Shown here: piece by piece, positions 60,601-64,000 of the stretch
How the letters are laid out: the number at the start of each line of letters is the position of its first letter
How positions within the stretch are numbered: position 1 is the stretch's first letter
From: Macrostomum hystrix
Taxonomy: Eukaryota; Animalia; Platyhelminthes
Length of the DNA: 64,000 nt
Direction of reading: 5' to 3'
Assembly (NCBI GenBank): GCA_950097015.1
Contig: CATNEN010000024.1
Span: 248,001-312,000 of the forward strand
Notes under the pieces: model-generated
Told to the model about the DNA's origin: nothing
The model's input: only the letters and a program-made list of their open reading frames with translations
Database searches by the model: none
Translations under genes and position numbers: made by a program

Positions 60601-63600
60601 AATTCCGCTAACTTTTGTTAAAGTGTACTTTAAATGTTTTTTATATTGTGAGTTTAGCCCCAGATTAGCCATCATTTGGTGCAAATTCAGTTCGCCTTAT
60701 CTTACATGCTACATGCTACATCTTACATGCTACATGCTACATCTTACATGCTACATGCTACATCTTATATGCTACATGCTACATCTTACATGCTACATGC
60801 TACATCTTACATGCTACATGCTACATCTTACATGCTACATGCTACATCTTACATGCTACATGCTACATCTTACATGCTACATGCTACATCTTACATGCTA
60901 CATGCTACATCTTACATGCTACATGCTACATCTTACATGCTACATGCTACATCTTACATGCTACATGCTACATCTTACATGCTACATGCTACATCTTACA
61001 TGCTACATGCTACATCTTACATGCTACATGCTACAGGCAACAAGCTACGACTCGTACAGCCAATTAGCCCCTAATTGATAGCTTTAAAGAAAGATGGCTT
61101 CAACAGTAACAAAATACTTGATCTGAAAATAAATCGATCGAGGATGTAAAATTGGTAGAGGCTATTTTAGTGTTTTCCCCATCACATTAAAGCTCATTTG
61201 AGGTTTGGCTCAAATGCACCAAAAGAAGAGACAGAATCCAAATTTTGTTTTCATTCTCTAAGGCTAGACCCGAGTGAATACATAAATAGGTTCTTAAAAC
61301 TTGAATGAATATTAACTGTACAGGGAGTTTGTTTCGTCGCCTTTACGTAAAGCATGCGTGATAATCGGATAATCGAATGGGATTGGGCTATGCTTCGTGA
61401 CCTTGAATCAAACCTAGCGCACAACGCCATCACATTTATCGTGCTGAGACAAGAGACCTTAAGAGCACGCCAAGTGTGCATGCTCAGTGACCTTTAATCA
61501 CACCAAGCGCACATGGCCATCACATTTATCGTGCTGACACAAGAGACATTGGGAGCACGCCAAGTGTGCATGCTCAGTGACCTTGAATCACACCTAGCGC
61601 ACAACGCCATTAAATTTATCGTGCTGACACAAGAGACATTGGGAGCACGCCAAGTGTGCATGCTCAGTGACCTTTAATCACACCAAGCGCACATGGCCAT
61701 CAAATTTATCGTGCTGACACAAGAGACCTTGGGAGCACGCCAAGTGTGCATGCTCAGTGACCTTGAATCACACCAAGCGCACATGGCCATCAAATTTATC
61801 TAGCTGACACAAGAGACCTTGGGAGCTCGCAAAACGTGCATGCTCAGGCGATTTGTTTTTCAGCTACAATAAGTGGCGCTAAAATACTTAAAACTATTTG
61901 TTGTAGTAAAAACGGAGCAGAACATAACGAATCACCTTGTACACCTGGTGCACCTCTGTGTGCTGATCAAAAAGCGTGAAGATGCTGTTGAGCATACTGA
62001 CAACCTCCTCTGGCGGGCTGCCGGAGCAAATGTCGGTGAAGCCGACAATGTCTGAGAAGAGCACAGTCACCATTGAGTACTTCTCAGCATCGACTCGCTC
62101 TCGGTTGCGCAACGACTCGGCGACTCGCTTCGGCAGCATCTGGTAGAGCAGGTTGTCCGTCTTGCGCTTCTCCGCATTCAGGGCCTGCGTTGTCTTCGAG
62201 AGCTGCGCAGTGGCCTCATTCAGCTTCTGGCTGTTTTAACATTTAGGGTAGGACAAAGTTCTTGCAGTGGAGAGACAAAGTTCATCACGTACCCATGTCG
62301 GCTATTGTTGTTAATATTTTGTATTGATTATATAGTAAATTTCATATTTTTTTAACCAATATGGATTGGCCACAGAGTTCCGGGCAATGATAATTGTCCT
62401 TGTCACCAGGGTCTTCGGTTTTCGGTTTTGAGAGCTATCGTGAAGTAGGCAGTTGTCTTTCAACAGGGGGAGGGTATCGTAGTCTTTCTACTGTTGATGA
62501 GAGTTATAAAGAATGTTTGCGTTGGTTGTTGGCACTGACACACTTGAATTAATGTGAGTAGCATAACCTCAGAGCCACCAAATCCTCCTACTTTGTACGT
62601 AAGTATGCTCACTTAATAGTGTGGTCCGCCTTCTGCTGCTGGTTGATTGTGATGAGCTCGCGTGTCACATCGAACAGCGGAATGTCGGACATGTACAAGC
62701 TGTCCTGCTGCATCTGGTCCAGATTGGCCACCCGCAGGGAGCCCAGGAACACCAGCAGGCCCTGCTCCGGCAGGTGACGCATCTGGCCTGGAGACCGGGA
62801 AAGGCGTACGGAATCATTCGCTAATTGGTAAGCATCTGCGTCAGCAGTGAAGCCTCTCTTTCTAGGAAAAATTCCACATTGCGTTTCGACCGGAAGTTTT
62901 CACCTGTAACTACTGGCGTTGACAGTGCAAGCTAGTTGACGAAATCAGCTGCTTTAATAAAAATAATAATTGCAGGATTGCTGTGGGCACTGGCCATTAT
63001 CTAGTGACATTACTGGACCCTCAGCCAGCGTGAGGCAACTCTGCCCACTCCGCTGACTCCTGAGCACACACTCACACAAGTGTGTACATCTGCACTGACT
63101 TCTCATTGTCAGACAGTATACACTCTCATTCTTTTCCAAGCCACCAAGCCTTCTCTCCGCGGCTGTGCCCCTAATGAATGTGGCCTCGCCGCGGAATCGA
63201 GCTCAGTACCTCTGCGCGAGAGGCAAACGAATTCACCGCTCTGCCATTCACCACTCTAAATCAATGAGCTGCTAGTTAAGGAAAACGCGAACGAACTTTT
63301 CAGGGATAACTGTGATTTAGGCGCTACGGTTTTCGGAGAAATGTAAACCTTTCACGAAGACAATTCGTGGCACCACATCGATGCTTTCAACTGGGCCGTC
63401 CAGCCGGCGGAAGGCCAGCGTGAAGGCGGAGTTGATGAAGCGCAGAATCTCGGCGAACTCGGCGCCCACCAGCGGATTGGCGATGCTGAACGCGTCGGAG
63501 AAGGCGGCGCCGGGCCGGATTCCGGAATTGAACTGGCGCAGCTTCCGGCCGCACTGCACAATGTTCATCTGCCGGTCCAGCACCAGGTGATACGGCAGCA

Positions 63601-63846
63601 GGCTGGTCAGCTGGGCGTTGCTTAGCAACGGCTCCTGCCCGGCGCACTCAGCCCGGACGGATTCCGAATCTTCGTCTGTACTGCGAGATATTAGCGAAGC
63701 TCTGGATGCTGAGTCGCCGACAACGCGAATCTCGAGGCACACCTGTTCCACATAGGCTGTGCCCTCTGGGAATTCCTTGTCGACCCGCTGGGCTACGATC
63801 TTCACCTCCTGGTTGTAGATCTGGGCCGCCACGGCTCTTAGGAGAC
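54610..63846 (-). CDS. Soluble guanylate cyclase, copy A (tandem paralog of copy B); H-NOX exons lie beyond the window end
   Basis: Exons 63846-63349, 62787-62613, 62230-61936, 60485-60333, 58771-58617, 54868-54610, with the same intron positions and phases as copy B and the same PAS, coiled-coil and cyclase motifs; ends CTVL. Confidence 0.94.
55020..56340 (+). repeat. 20-bp minisatellite (GAAGGATTAGAGAAGGAACT)n, last intron of cyclase A
   Basis: Directly visible. Confidence 0.96.
56870..58625 (-). repeat. About 50 copies of a 33-36-bp unit containing the exon end and 5' splice donor of cyclase A
   Basis: Minus-strand unit AGCTACCT|GTGAGCTGATTGGTCTGGGGTGGATAT; the first unit is the true donor at 58617/58616. 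Confidence 0.96.
59278..60316 (+). repeat. 19-24-bp minisatellite (AATCCTTCAGTTCATTCCC)n, an inverted relative of the 55020-56340 array
   Basis: Reverse complement contains AATGAACTGAAGGATT and AACTGAAGGATTAG, which are the core of the 20-bp array. Confidence 0.95.
60700..61035 (+). repeat. 21-bp repeat (CTTACATGCTACATGCTACAT)n, cyclase A intron
   Basis: Directly visible, nearly perfect. Confidence 0.96.
61395..61850 (+). repeat. About 5 copies of a 90-bp repeat, cyclase A intron
   Basis: Period checked at 61487/61577 (CATGCTCAGTGACCTT). Confidence 0.92.
62957..63257 (-). mobile_element. SINE family 2, most complete copy, cyclase A intron
   Basis: Minus strand: A box TGGCAGAGCGG, GAGCTCGATTCC, shared body, (ATT)-type tail. 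Confidence 0.75.
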
Positions 63847-64000
63847 CTGCCAGTTTTATGGTCAATTGATTGGCGGCAATATTTTGGTGTTTACTTCGGA
63901 TCAGACTCTAAATTTAGGATATTTTCGGAAAGATCTAAGCATTGTGAAGGATAGTGTCAACAATATCAAAAGCTTAGCGAAGGACAGCGTCGACAAGATC

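Overview
Eukaryotic (metazoan) genomic DNA: GC-rich exons sit in AT-rich introns, and most larger introns carry their own minisatellite. This style suggests a free-living flatworm such as Macrostomum (inference only). I reconstructed exons by hand from GT/AG boundaries and phase continuity. Genes found: two intron-poor class A GPCRs (3-926 +, 5'-truncated by the window; 12048-13286 -); the 3' half of a diacylglycerol lipase (4 exons, 13729-20885 +, 5' exons not found); a complete ERGIC3 (21516-26581 +); a complete TRPM channel without kinase or NUDT9H domain (31196-41013 +); and two tandem beta-type soluble guanylate cyclases on the minus strand (a complete H-NOX copy at 43264-52895 and a 5'-truncated copy at 54610-63846), both ending in CaaX boxes. 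Mobile DNA: a hAT MITE with an 8-bp TSD, a mariner MITE with a TA TSD, a third TIR family, two tRNA-derived SINE families and a possible decayed LINE endonuclease. Most long ORFs in the supplied track are translated tandem repeats and are spurious. The most unusual signals are minisatellites built from real splice sites (about 50 tandem copies of a 5' donor in one cyclase and about 48 copies of a 3' acceptor in TRPM, each decoy leading to an immediate stop), an inverted minisatellite pair bracketing a catalytic cyclase exon, patchy gene conversion between the cyclase paralogs, and a possible DAGL-ERGIC3 trans-spliced operon.
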